From Candidatus Tepidifontimicrobium thermophilum (GTDB taxonomy: Bacteria > Sysuimicrobiota > Sysuimicrobiia > Sysuimicrobiales > Sysuimicrobiaceae): a DNA stretch of 64,000 bases. A program made the translations under genes and the position numbers. Shown here one piece after another: positions 47,399 through 56,123 of this stretch; within the stretch, counting starts at the first letter, position 1, and every line of letters starts with the position of its first letter. The stretch is from assembly GCA_031459915.1 (NCBI GenBank), contig JAVKHO010000005.1, positions 32,806 through 96,805 on the forward strand, in the 5' to 3' direction. The notes beneath the pieces are model-generated. The model saw only the letters and a program-made list of their open reading frames with translations, did no database searches and had not been told where the DNA came from.

Positions 47399-47508
47399 AT
47401 TTTAGGCGCCCGTGCCGCGGGGTGAAAGGGGGATGTTCTGGTATCGTGAACAAAAGTTCCGGATACCAGAACCTGACCCTTGCCTGCACGGGCACGGCGC
47501 CGGATTCT
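47399..47508. promoter_or_regulatory. Tandem GTTC-N9-GAAC boxes with divergent promoters (iclR and the liv-pobA operon)
   Basis: Boxes at 47435-47451 and 47456-47472 (21-bp period, 15/17 identical as inverted copies). Leftward TTTCAC(47427-47422)-N17-TAAAAT(47404-47399). Rightward TTGCCT(47480-47485)-N17-GATTCT(47503-47508). Both -35 elements are 7 nt from the nearest box. Confidence 0.8.
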
Positions 47509-47563
47509 AGTACCGGTCCACCCGGGGGACCGCGTGGATGTCGGCGGTGTCAGGGGGTGAGGT

Positions 47564-48760
47564 ATGGTCCGCACGGCGGTGTTGCTTGGGTTGGCGGTGG
47601 TAGCGTTTGCCTCGGGAAGCGGGGCAGCGCCCGCGGGGGTCGTGCGGCTAGGGGCCGTGATCCCCCTCACCGGGCGGTTCGCCTCCGGGGGAGCCCAGGT
47701 CCGGGCCGGCTACGAGATGGCGGTGGAGGACCTGAACGCCCGAGGCGGGGTCCGGGTGGGCGGCCAGCAGCTCAGGCTGGAGCTGGTGGTGGTGGACGAC
47801 GAGTCTGACCCTACCAAGACCGTGAGCCGCATGGAGGCCCTGGCCCAGCAGGACGTCGCGGTGTACCTGGGCGGGTTCGGCAGTGACCTGCACGCCGCCG
47901 CGGCAGCGGTGGCCGAGAAGAACCGTACCCCCTACTGTGGGGTAGCCTTCGCCCTGTGGGGGATCCACCAGCGGGGCTACAAGTACCTGTTCTCGCCGTT
48001 CCCGAAGTCGCCGGAGATGGCCATCGAGACGTACCGCATGCTGAACGGATACCTCCTCCAGGACCAGCGGCCGCGGCGGGTGGCCATTTTCGCGGAGCGC
48101 ACCGACTGGGGCCGGGAGATCTCGAACCTGTGGTCCGTGCGGTCCACGGAGTTCGGCTACCAGGTGGTGTTCCGCGGCGAGTACACGGTGGGGACGCGAG
48201 ACCTGAGCGACCTGATCCTTCGCGCGAAAGCGGCGGGCGCGGAGCTCGTACTCGGCGTTCCCACCCCTCCGGACGGGATCACCCTGGTGCGCCAGATGAA
48301 GGAGCTGGACTTCAACCCCAAGGCGCTCCTGCTCATCCGGGCTCCGGACGCCCCCGCGTGGAGCCAGAGCCTGGGCCGGGACGGCGACTACACCTTGCTC
48401 ATGCCGGGTTGGCACCCGGGAGTGAAGTTCCCCGGGGCCGCGGACCTCAACCGCAAGCACCAGGAGCGGTTCGGCCGGCCCGCGGACGTCCTGGTGGGCC
48501 CCGCGTACGCGTGCGTGCAGGTGGCGGCGGACGCCGTCCAGCGGGCGGGCAGCCTCGATCGCGAGCGGATCCGTGAGGCCATGGCGTCCACCAGCCTGCG
48601 GAGCACTGTGGTGGGACCGGTGCGCTTCCGGCCCGACGGCACCAGCCCGGTGACCACGGTGGTGGTGCAGTGGCAGGCAGGCCGGCAGGAGCTGGTGTGG
48701 CCGAGGGAGTTCGCCACGCGGCCGCTGGCGTACCCGGCCGCGCCCTGGCGTAACCGGTGA
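47564..48760 (+). CDS. LivJ/LivK-fold ABC substrate-binding protein
   Basis: LGAVIPLTGRFA, AVEDLNARGG, DDESDP, QWQ. Confidence 0.88.
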   Translation: MVRTAVLLGLAVVAFASGSGAAPAGVVRLGAVIPLTGRFASGGAQVRAGYEMAVEDLNARGGVRVGGQQLRLELVVVDDESDPTKTVSRMEALAQQDVAVYLGGFGSDLHAAAAAVAEKNRTPYCGVAFALWGIHQRGYKYLFSPFPKSPEMAIETYRMLNGYLLQDQRPRRVAIFAERTDWGREISNLWSVRSTEFGYQVVFRGEYTVGTRDLSDLILRAKAAGAELVLGVPTPPDGITLVRQMKELDFNPKALLLIRAPDAPAWSQSLGRDGDYTLLMPGWHPGVKFPGAADLNRKHQERFGRPADVLVGPAYACVQVAADAVQRAGSLDRERIREAMASTSLRSTVVGPVRFRPDGTSPVTTVVVQWQAGRQELVWPREFATRPLAYPAAPWRNR

Positions 48761-48900
48761 GGCGCGGGGAGCACGGGGCCTCATGGAAGAGGAGAGCGGT
48801 GTCAGGGTACGCGACGGCACCCGCTTCGGGCGCCGCTGACGGAGAGAGGACTGTCTTCGGGCCCGCCTCTCGCCCCGCGTCCGAGCCGCACGGGGGAACG

Positions 48901-49626
48901 GTGTTGCTGCAGGTCCGGGGGCTGTGCAAGCGGTTCGGCGGCGTCCAGGCGGTGCGGGACCTGGACCTGGACGTGGGGGAACGGGAGATCTTCGGTCTGC
49001 TCGGCCCCAACGGCTCGGGGAAGACCACGGTGTTCAACCTCGTGGCGGGCGTGCTCCCCGCGGACGCGGGCGAGATCCGCTTTCGGGGGGTGCTCCTGAA
49101 CGCCCTGCCGCCGCACCGACGGGCGGCGCTGGGAGTCGCCCGCACCTTCCAGCTGGTGCGGAGCCTGGCCCGGATGACGGTGACGGACAACGTGGCCGTG
49201 GGGCGCCTGTACGGTACGTCCCCCGCGCGGTCCGTGGACGGCGCCCGGCGGGAGGCCGCGCAGCTGCTGGACCTGGTGGGGCTGGCAGACAAGGCAGGGC
49301 TGCCCGCGGGCAGCCTCAACCTCGCAGAGCGGCGCCGCCTGGAGGTGGCGCGGGCCCTCGCCACCCGACCCCGCCTCCTGCTGCTGGACGAGCCCTTCGC
49401 CGGCCTGAACGCGGACGAGGTGGAGGCGGAGGTGCGTCTGTTCCACCGGCTGCGGGAGGAGGGACTCACCCTGATCCTGGTGGAGCACAACGTGCCCGCG
49501 GTGCGCGCTCTGTGCGACCGCGTGGCGTTCCTCAACTCGGGCGAGAAGATCGCGGAGGGCCGGCCCGACGACGTCCTCTCCCACCCTCGGGTGGTGGAGG
49601 TGTACCTGGGGAGGCCGGGCGGGTGA
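48901..49626 (+). CDS. livG: HAAT ABC ATPase LivG-like
   Basis: KRFGG..AV, GPNGSGKTT.FN, ARTFQ, LLDEP.AGLN. An alternative start at 48799 is possible. Confidence 0.88.
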   Translation: MLLQVRGLCKRFGGVQAVRDLDLDVGEREIFGLLGPNGSGKTTVFNLVAGVLPADAGEIRFRGVLLNALPPHRRAALGVARTFQLVRSLARMTVTDNVAVGRLYGTSPARSVDGARREAAQLLDLVGLADKAGLPAGSLNLAERRRLEVARALATRPRLLLLDEPFAGLNADEVEAEVRLFHRLREEGLTLILVEHNVPAVRALCDRVAFLNSGEKIAEGRPDDVLSHPRVVEVYLGRPGG

Positions 49627-50339
49627 GCGTGCCGGTCCTGGAACTCCGCGGCGTGGAGGCCGCCTACGGCGACGCGCAGGTCCTGTGGGGGGTGGACTGG
49701 CGGGTCCAGCCCGGCGAGGTGGTGGCGGTGGTGGGGCCCAACGGCGCCGGTAAGAGCACCACCCTGCGGGTGGTGGCGGGGCTACTGCGGCCCCTGAGGG
49801 GAGAGGTGTGGTTCGACGGCACGCGCATCGACGGGCTTCCGGCGGACGCGGTGGTGGAGCGCGGTGTGGCCCTGGTGCCGGAAGGCCGGCGGCTGTTCGC
49901 GCACATGACGGTGTTGGAGAACCTGCTGCTGGGCGGCTACGCCACGCGGGCCAGACCCCTGCGCCGGCGGACGCTCGAGGAGGTCTTCCATCTGTTCCCC
50001 GTGCTGGGGGAGCGGTCCGGGCAGCTGGCGGGCACCCTGTCGGGAGGCCAGCAGCAGATGCTGGCCATCGCCCGGGCCCTCATGAGCCGTCCCCGGCTGC
50101 TCCTGCTGGACGAGCCCTCCTTAGGTTTGGCACCTGTGGTGGTCCAGCAAGTGTACGGGGTGGTCGCGCGCATCGCCCGCGAGGGGGTCACCGTGGTGGC
50201 GGTGGAGCAGAACGTGTACCCCGCACTGCAGCACGCCGCGCGGGGCTACCTGATGGCCCACGGCCGGGTGGTGGCGGAAGGGCCGGCGGAGACGTTGCTG
50301 CGCACGGCGTTGGTGCAGCGGTCGTACGTGGGGGGCTAG
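49623..50339 (+). CDS. livF: HAAT ABC ATPase LivF-like
   Basis: GPNGAGKST, VPEGRRLF..MTV.ENL, LSGGQQQM, DEPSLGLAP. Confidence 0.92.
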   Translation: MSVPVLELRGVEAAYGDAQVLWGVDWRVQPGEVVAVVGPNGAGKSTTLRVVAGLLRPLRGEVWFDGTRIDGLPADAVVERGVALVPEGRRLFAHMTVLENLLLGGYATRARPLRRRTLEEVFHLFPVLGERSGQLAGTLSGGQQQMLAIARALMSRPRLLLLDEPSLGLAPVVVQQVYGVVARIAREGVTVVAVEQNVYPALQHAARGYLMAHGRVVAEGPAETLLRTALVQRSYVGG

Positions 50340-50340
50340 G

Positions 50341-51216
50341 GTGGAGGTCTGGCTGCAGAACATGACCTTCGGAGCTCTCGTGGGCGGGCTGTACGGGCTC
50401 GCGGCGGTGGGCCTCGCGCTCGTGTTCGGAGTGCTGCGGATGCTGAACGTGGCCCACGGGGAGCTGATCATGCTGGGCGGCTACGCCACCTTCTGGCTGT
50501 TCACCCTGTGGCGGACCGATCCGTACGTGTCCCTCCTGGTGGCGGGGCCTGCCCTGTTTGCGGTGGGAGTGGCCCTGTACGAGGGGCTGTTCGGCCGGTT
50601 GGTGCACCTGCACGAGGAGTCCAAGATCCAGCTGTCCATCCTCATCGGTTTCGGGCTGGCGCTGGTGCTCCACGCTTCGGCCATCCTTGCGTGGACCGCG
50701 GACGAGCGGGGGGTGACCGCGGCCTACGCAGGGAGGGTTCTGCGGGCAGGGGCCCTGGTGGTCCCCATCACCCGCCTGGGTGCCCTGGGGGTGGCCTTCG
50801 CGGTGCTGGCGGGCCTGCACCTGTACCTGCAGCGCACCGACGCGGGCCGCGCCATCCGCGCCACCGCGGAGGACTGGGAGGCGGCGTCCCTCATGGGCAT
50901 ACCGGTGCGCCGCGTCTACCGCACCGCGTTCGCGCTCGGCAGCGCCCTGGCGGGGGTGGCGGGGAGCCTGGTGGCGGTCTCCGACGCCATCAGCCCTGCC
51001 ATCGGGCTGAGCTGGACCCTGAAGGCGCTCATCGTGGTGGTGCTGGCAGGGCTGGGGAGCATCCTCGGGACTTTCGTGGCCGGAGTCCTGCTGGGCGTGG
51101 CGGAGTCCGCGGCCGCCTTCGCTTTGGGCGGAGTCTTCCGGGAAGTGGTGGGCTTGGTGCTGTTCGTGACGATCCTGACCCTCAGGCCCCAGGGCCTGTT
51201 CGGGAGGGGGCTGTGA
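50341..51216 (+). CDS. livH: HAAT ABC permease LivH-like
   Basis: YGLAAVGLALVFGV...NVAHGE, GRAIRA, RPQGLFG. Confidence 0.9.
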   Translation: MEVWLQNMTFGALVGGLYGLAAVGLALVFGVLRMLNVAHGELIMLGGYATFWLFTLWRTDPYVSLLVAGPALFAVGVALYEGLFGRLVHLHEESKIQLSILIGFGLALVLHASAILAWTADERGVTAAYAGRVLRAGALVVPITRLGALGVAFAVLAGLHLYLQRTDAGRAIRATAEDWEAASLMGIPVRRVYRTAFALGSALAGVAGSLVAVSDAISPAIGLSWTLKALIVVVLAGLGSILGTFVAGVLLGVAESAAAFALGGVFREVVGLVLFVTILTLRPQGLFGRGL

Positions 51217-52130
51217 GGCCCGCCCTGCTGGTGGCGCTCGCGGTGCTGGCTTGCGCCCTTCCGTGGGTGGCGGGCGAGGCGGTGGTGAACTGGGGCCTGC
51301 TGGTCCTCCTGCAGGTGGTGGTGGCGCAGTCCTGGAACCTGCTGGCGGGCTACGGGGGCCAGGTGAACCTGGGCCACGCGGCCTTCTTCGGTATCGGTGC
51401 TCTGGTCACCCGCAGCCTGTGGATGGGCGGAGTCCCGGTGGCGGCGGCGCTGGCAGCTGGCGCCGTTGCGGCCGCGGTGGCGGGCTTGGGGATCGGGCTA
51501 CCGTCCCTGCGCCTGCGGGGCCCGTACTTCGCCATCGGGACCCTGGCCATGTCGGAGATCCTGCGGATCGTGGTGGCTACCACCCTGCCGGAGGTGTCGG
51601 CTCTGCCCGCGGATCTCATCGCGGGCTACCGCCTGCTGCCCCGGTACTATCTGGTGCTGGCGCTGGCGGCCGTGAGCACGGGCACGGTGTGGCTCGTGGC
51701 AAGGTCCCGGTTCGGCATGGGGCTGGTGGCGATCCGGGAGGACGAGTGGGTGGCGGAGACGGTGGGGGTGGACAGCTACCGGCACAAACTGGCCGCACTC
51801 CTCGTGAGCGCGGCGCTCGCGGGAGGTGCGGGAGGGGCCTTCGGCTACTACCACCTGAGCTTCTACCCGCAGTTCGCCTTCAGCCCGGTGTGGACCTTCG
51901 ACGCGGTCCTGATGGTGTTTTTGGGCGGCATCGGGACCGTGTGGGGACCCCCGATAGGCGCCGCGTTCTTCGTGCTCCTGCGGGAGGCGCTGGCTTTGCG
52001 GCTGACGGAACTGCACGTGCTGGTGTTTGGCGCGGTCTTCGTGGTGGTGGTCCTGGCGCTCCCGGGAGGGCTCGTGGACCTGCTCGGGGTGCTGCGGCGG
52101 GTGCGTGGATCCCGTCCGCAGCCGGCGTAG
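51213..52130 (+). CDS. livM: HAAT ABC permease LivM-like
   Basis: SWNLLAGYGGQ.NLGHAAFFGIG, LRGPYFAI.TL, AIREDE, GGIGT.WGP. Confidence 0.9.
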   Translation: MRPALLVALAVLACALPWVAGEAVVNWGLLVLLQVVVAQSWNLLAGYGGQVNLGHAAFFGIGALVTRSLWMGGVPVAAALAAGAVAAAVAGLGIGLPSLRLRGPYFAIGTLAMSEILRIVVATTLPEVSALPADLIAGYRLLPRYYLVLALAAVSTGTVWLVARSRFGMGLVAIREDEWVAETVGVDSYRHKLAALLVSAALAGGAGGAFGYYHLSFYPQFAFSPVWTFDAVLMVFLGGIGTVWGPPIGAAFFVLLREALALRLTELHVLVFGAVFVVVVLALPGGLVDLLGVLRRVRGSRPQPA

Positions 52131-52156
52131 GGAGATCCTTGCGAAGGAGGTGAACG

Positions 52157-52585
52157 ATGGCGGAAGGGTTGCCCGAGCGAGGGATGTCGGAGGAGGAGCT
52201 CGAGCGGCTGCGGTCCGTCTACGTGGACCTGGTGGGGTTCGTCCCACCGAGGATCCAGGCCCGGACAGAGCTGCTGAGCCGTCTGGACCCGGAGGGCCTG
52301 CGCATTCAGGAGGAAATGCGCAGGCACTTCATGTACCCGAAGTGCTTTGACACCAAGACCGCCCAGCTGATGCTGTTCGGGATGCTGCTGATGAACCTGC
52401 AGGATGCCGCGAAGCTGCACGCCATCGCCGCGCGCCGCGCGGGGGCCACGTGGGAGGAACTGAGCGCGGTGGTGGGGCTGGCGTTTTTGTTCCGGGGGCT
52501 TTCGGCCGCCAACTACGGCTTCCAGATTCTCCAGGAGATGGCGCAGGCCGAGACGGCGCCAGCGCAGACGACGCAGAGGAGGTGA
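52157..52585 (+). CDS. Carboxymuconolactone decarboxylase (CMD/AhpD-like) family protein, candidate protocatechuate decarboxylase
   Basis: FDTKTAQL...H..AARRAGATWEEL helix pattern, no CxxC. Strong RBS AAGGAGGTGA. Confidence 0.72.
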   Translation: MAEGLPERGMSEEELERLRSVYVDLVGFVPPRIQARTELLSRLDPEGLRIQEEMRRHFMYPKCFDTKTAQLMLFGMLLMNLQDAAKLHAIAARRAGATWEELSAVVGLAFLFRGLSAANYGFQILQEMAQAETAPAQTTQRR

Positions 52586-52591
52586 GGAAGG

Positions 52592-53572
52592 ATGGGAGAG
52601 CCGCTGGTGGTACAGCTGGCCCACGTGGAGATCACGAGCCCCAAGCCCGATCAGACCCTGTGGTTCTTCCACGATCTTCTGGGGCTGGAGGAGACGACCC
52701 GACAGGGGCAGTCGGTGTACCTGCGGGCGTACGAGGACTGGTACCACCACACCCTGAAGATCACGGAGGGGCCGCAGTCCGGGCTCGGGCACATCGCGTG
52801 GAGGGCGGCGTCCGAACAGGCCCTGGAGGCGCTGGCGGAGCGGCTCGAGCGGGCGGGCCTGGGACGGGGGTGGACCGACGGGGACCTGGGCCACGGGCGG
52901 GCGTACCGCTTCGTGACCCCTGAGGGCCACCCCATGGAGGTCCTGTGGGAGGTGGAGTACTACCAACCTCCGGAAGCCCTGCGCACCGCCCTGCGGAACC
53001 GTCCGCAGAAGCGGCCCCTGCGCGGGGTCCCCGTCCGCCGGATCGACCACGTGAACATCATGGTCCAGACGGTGGGCCCCGTCCGGGACTTCCTGGTAGA
53101 CCTTCTGGGGTTCCGCGTGCGGGAACAGAAGATCGGCAAGGATGGCGAGGAAGTGGGGGCCTGGCTGAGCGTGAGCCCCCTGGTGCACGAGATCGCGGTG
53201 ATGCGGGACGCCACGGGCAGCCGCGGCCGCTTCCACCACGTGGCGTACTGGTACGGGTACCCCCAGCACCTCCTGGACGCCGCGGACGTGATGGCGGACT
53301 ACGGGGTCCGGATCGAGGCGGGCCCGGGCAAACACGGTACCACGCAGGCGTACTTCATGTACGTGTTCGAGCCCGGCGGGGTCCGGGTGGAGCTGTTCGG
53401 GGACACCGGCTACCTCATCTTCGACCCCACGTGGAAGACGGTGGTGTGGGACGTGTCCAACGAGAGCGACCTGGAGCGCAGCAGCATCTGGTTCGGAGGC
53501 CGCCTGCCGGAGACCTTCTACACCTACGGGGTCCCGTCCGTGGGCTGGGAAGCCGTGGGGGTGCGGCGGTAG
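52592..53572 (+). CDS. Extradiol ring-cleavage dioxygenase (catechol 2,3-dioxygenase type, VOC fold)
   Basis: [35 protein letters not shown]...YVFEPGG.RVELF. Confidence 0.9.
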   Translation: MGEPLVVQLAHVEITSPKPDQTLWFFHDLLGLEETTRQGQSVYLRAYEDWYHHTLKITEGPQSGLGHIAWRAASEQALEALAERLERAGLGRGWTDGDLGHGRAYRFVTPEGHPMEVLWEVEYYQPPEALRTALRNRPQKRPLRGVPVRRIDHVNIMVQTVGPVRDFLVDLLGFRVREQKIGKDGEEVGAWLSVSPLVHEIAVMRDATGSRGRFHHVAYWYGYPQHLLDAADVMADYGVRIEAGPGKHGTTQAYFMYVFEPGGVRVELFGDTGYLIFDPTWKTVVWDVSNESDLERSSIWFGGRLPETFYTYGVPSVGWEAVGVRR

Positions 53573-53576
53573 GGAG

Positions 53577-54782
53577 GTGAGGGAGCTGCCCACCACCCAG
53601 GTGGCCATCGTGGGGGCGGGGCCCGCGGGCCTGCTGCTGAGCCACCTCCTGCACCAGGCGGGCATCCGCAGTGTGGTGCTGGAGTCCCGCAGCCGGGCGT
53701 ACGTGGAGCAGCGGGTTCGGGCGGGAGTCCTGGAGGACGGCACCCGCCAGATCCTCGTGCGGGCCGGGGTTGGCGAGCGCATGGAGCGGCAGGGCCTCGT
53801 CCACGAGGGCGTCAACTTCGCCTTCGAGGGTTCCCTCTTACACTTCGACTTTCCGACCCTCACCGGAGGGCACACTATCATCGTGTACGGGCAGCAGGAG
53901 GTGGTGAAGGACCTCATCCGTGCCCGGCTGGAAGCGGGCGGCGACGTGCGGTTCGAGGCCGAGGTGGTGCGGCTGGAGGACCTGGGAACGCGGCCCCGGG
54001 TGTTCTACCGCAACCCGGACGGGTCCGAGGACTGTCTGGAAGCGGACTTCGTGGCGGGCTGCGACGGCTCGCACGGCATCTGTCGGTCCACCATCCCGGA
54101 CTCCGCGCGCCGGGTGCACCAGCGGGCCTATCCCTTTGCGTGGCTGGGGATCCTGGCCGAAGCTCCCCCCGCCTCCCACGAGCTCATCTACGTGAACCAC
54201 CCACGGGGGTTCGCGCTGTTCAGCATGCGTTCCCCACGGCTGTCGCGCAACTACGTGCAGGTCCGGGCCGACGAGCCGCTGGAGGACTGGCCGGACGGTC
54301 GCATCTGGGAGGAGCTGCAGCGGCGCCTGGACCGGGCTGCCCGGCTGACCCCCGGTCCCGTGCTGGAGAAGAGCCTCGCTCCGCTACGCAGCCTCGTGGT
54401 GGAGCCCATGCAGCACGGCCGGCTGTTCCTCGCCGGGGATGCCGCCCACGTGGTCCCTCCCACGGGAGCGAAGGGGCTGAATCTGGCCGTGTGTGACGTG
54501 GTGGTGCTGGGCCGTGCCCTCGTGGACTACTACCGGCACGGGGAGGAAGCCGGCCTGCGCAGCTACACGGAACGCTGCCTGGAGCACGTGTGGCAGGCCC
54601 AGCACTTCTCGTGGTGGATGACGCAGCTGCTCCACCGCCTCGACGACCCGTTCGAGGAGGGGATGCAGCAGGCGCAGCTGCGGGCCCTGCGGCGCAGCGA
54701 GGCCGCGCGCCGGTACCTGGCGGAGAACTACACGGGGGTGCACACGAGCCTGCGGTACGTAGACTGGCTCCCGCTGTCCTGA
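53577..54782 (+). CDS. pobA: 4-hydroxybenzoate 3-monooxygenase
   Basis: RVRAGVLE, VYGQQEVVKDL, AGCDG.HG..R, YPFAWLGIL, GDAAH.VPPTGAKGLNLA, LAENYTG. Confidence 0.95.
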   Translation: MRELPTTQVAIVGAGPAGLLLSHLLHQAGIRSVVLESRSRAYVEQRVRAGVLEDGTRQILVRAGVGERMERQGLVHEGVNFAFEGSLLHFDFPTLTGGHTIIVYGQQEVVKDLIRARLEAGGDVRFEAEVVRLEDLGTRPRVFYRNPDGSEDCLEADFVAGCDGSHGICRSTIPDSARRVHQRAYPFAWLGILAEAPPASHELIYVNHPRGFALFSMRSPRLSRNYVQVRADEPLEDWPDGRIWEELQRRLDRAARLTPGPVLEKSLAPLRSLVVEPMQHGRLFLAGDAAHVVPPTGAKGLNLAVCDVVVLGRALVDYYRHGEEAGLRSYTERCLEHVWQAQHFSWWMTQLLHRLDDPFEEGMQQAQLRALRRSEAARRYLAENYTGVHTSLRYVDWLPLS

Positions 54783-54834
54783 CAGCACCTGTCGCCAGCG
54801 ACCGGAGGCGCCGTCCGGGGTTGGAAGTTGCCGC

Positions 54835-56001
54835 TCAGGCTTCCCGTTCCACCGCTACCGCCACCGCCTCCCCGCCGCCCAGGCAGATGGCGGCCACGCC
54901 CCGCCGGGCGTCGCGCTGCTGCATGGCGTGCAGCAGGGTGGTGAGGATTCGCGCGCCCGACGCACCGATGGGGTGCCCCAGGGCCACCGCTCCCCCGTGG
55001 ACGTTCACGGGATCCAGGGAGAGTCCCAGCTTCCGGCACACGCCCAGCACCACGGCGGCGAAGGCCTCGTTCACTTCGTACAGGTCCACGTCCTCCTTGC
55101 GCCAGCCCACGCGCTCCAGCAGCCGCTCGATGGCCGCCGCGGGCGCGATGGTGAACCACTCGGGTGCCGTGGCGGCCTGCGCGTAGCCCACCACCCGGGC
55201 GAGGGGCCGGACGCCCACGCGGTCTGCCACCGACCGCTCCGCCACCACCAGGGCCGCGGCACCGTCGCTGATGCTGCTGGCGTTGGCTGCGGTGACGGTG
55301 CCGGTGGGCTCGAAGGCCGGCTTGAGGGTGGGGATGCGGTCGAACTGCACCCGCCGGGGTTCCTCGTCCTCCTCGACCCGCTTCCCGTCCGACTCCACGG
55401 GGACCGTCTCGGGCCTGAACCAGCCCGCGTCCAGGGCCCGCAGGGCCAGGCGGTAGGACCGCTCCGCGTACGCGTCCTGTTCCTCGCGGCTGATCCGGTA
55501 CTCTGCGGCCAGCAGCTCCGCACACGACCCCATGTGGCAGTCTCGGTAGGGGTCCCACAGCCCGTCCAGGATCATGGAGTCCTGGACCTCGCCGTGCCCG
55601 AGCCGGTAGCCGGTCCGGGCCCGGGGCAGCAGGTACGGCGCCCGGCTCATGTTCTCCATTCCCCCTGCCACGTACACCCGCCCGTCGCCCACGCGGACCG
55701 CCTGAGCTGCCAGCACCACCGCCTTGAGCCCCGACCCACACATCTTGTTCACGGTGACCGCGCCCACGGAGTCCGGAAGCCCCGCATACCGCGCCGCCTG
55801 CCGCGCCGGTGCCTGGCCGAGCCCTGCGGACAGGATGTTGCCGAGGATCACCTCGTCCACCTCCTCCGGGCGCACCCCGGCCCGCCGGACCGCCTCCCGT
55901 ACCACCACTGCACCCAGGCGGGGCGCGGGGACGTCTGCGAGCCCTCCCAGGAACCTGCCGATGGGGGTGCGCACCGCGCTCAGGATCACTGCCTCCGCCA
56001 T
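54835..56001 (-). CDS. Acetyl-CoA C-acetyltransferase (thiolase)
   Basis: NKMCGSG, EVNEAFA, GHPIGASG, ICLGGG. Confidence 0.95.
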   Translation of the reverse strand: MAEAVILSAVRTPIGRFLGGLADVPAPRLGAVVVREAVRRAGVRPEEVDEVILGNILSAGLGQAPARQAARYAGLPDSVGAVTVNKMCGSGLKAVVLAAQAVRVGDGRVYVAGGMENMSRAPYLLPRARTGYRLGHGEVQDSMILDGLWDPYRDCHMGSCAELLAAEYRISREEQDAYAERSYRLALRALDAGWFRPETVPVESDGKRVEEDEEPRRVQFDRIPTLKPAFEPTGTVTAANASSISDGAAALVVAERSVADRVGVRPLARVVGYAQAATAPEWFTIAPAAAIERLLERVGWRKEDVDLYEVNEAFAAVVLGVCRKLGLSLDPVNVHGGAVALGHPIGASGARILTTLLHAMQQRDARRGVAAICLGGGEAVAVAVEREA

Positions 56002-56036
56002 CCTCCACCTCCTCCGCAGGGCGTCCCGCCGCTCCC

Positions 56037-56095
56037 ATTCTACGCCCGGTTGCGGGCCGCGCGGTTTCCCAACCCCCGCGGACCTCTGCTATCCT
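56037..56095. promoter_or_regulatory. Divergent housekeeping -10 elements (thiolase TAGAAT, lysA extended -10 TGcTATCCT)
   Basis: attcta at 56037-56042 (TAGAAT on the minus strand) and tgctatcct at 56087-56095. Confidence 0.45.
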
Positions 56096-56123
56096 GGCGG
56101 CGATCGCAGGGAGGAGGCTGGCG

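Noticed and set aside
47435..47472. Intrinsic terminator hairpin
   Set aside because: Lies between divergent gene starts, has no U-tract, and is better explained as two operator boxes
48761..48900. Possible structured RNA between the Liv binding protein and livG
   Set aside because: Only weak GC hairpins. The region is in frame with livG and may be an N-terminal extension from GTG 48799.
54781..54834. Terminator between convergent pobA and thiolase
   Set aside because: Only 5-bp stems (GACAG/CTGTC, CCGGA/TCCGG) without U-tracts
1..54835. Mobile genomic island or prophage
   Set aside because: No integrase, transposase, tRNA, att-like repeat or phage gene seen. The left boundary is outside the window.
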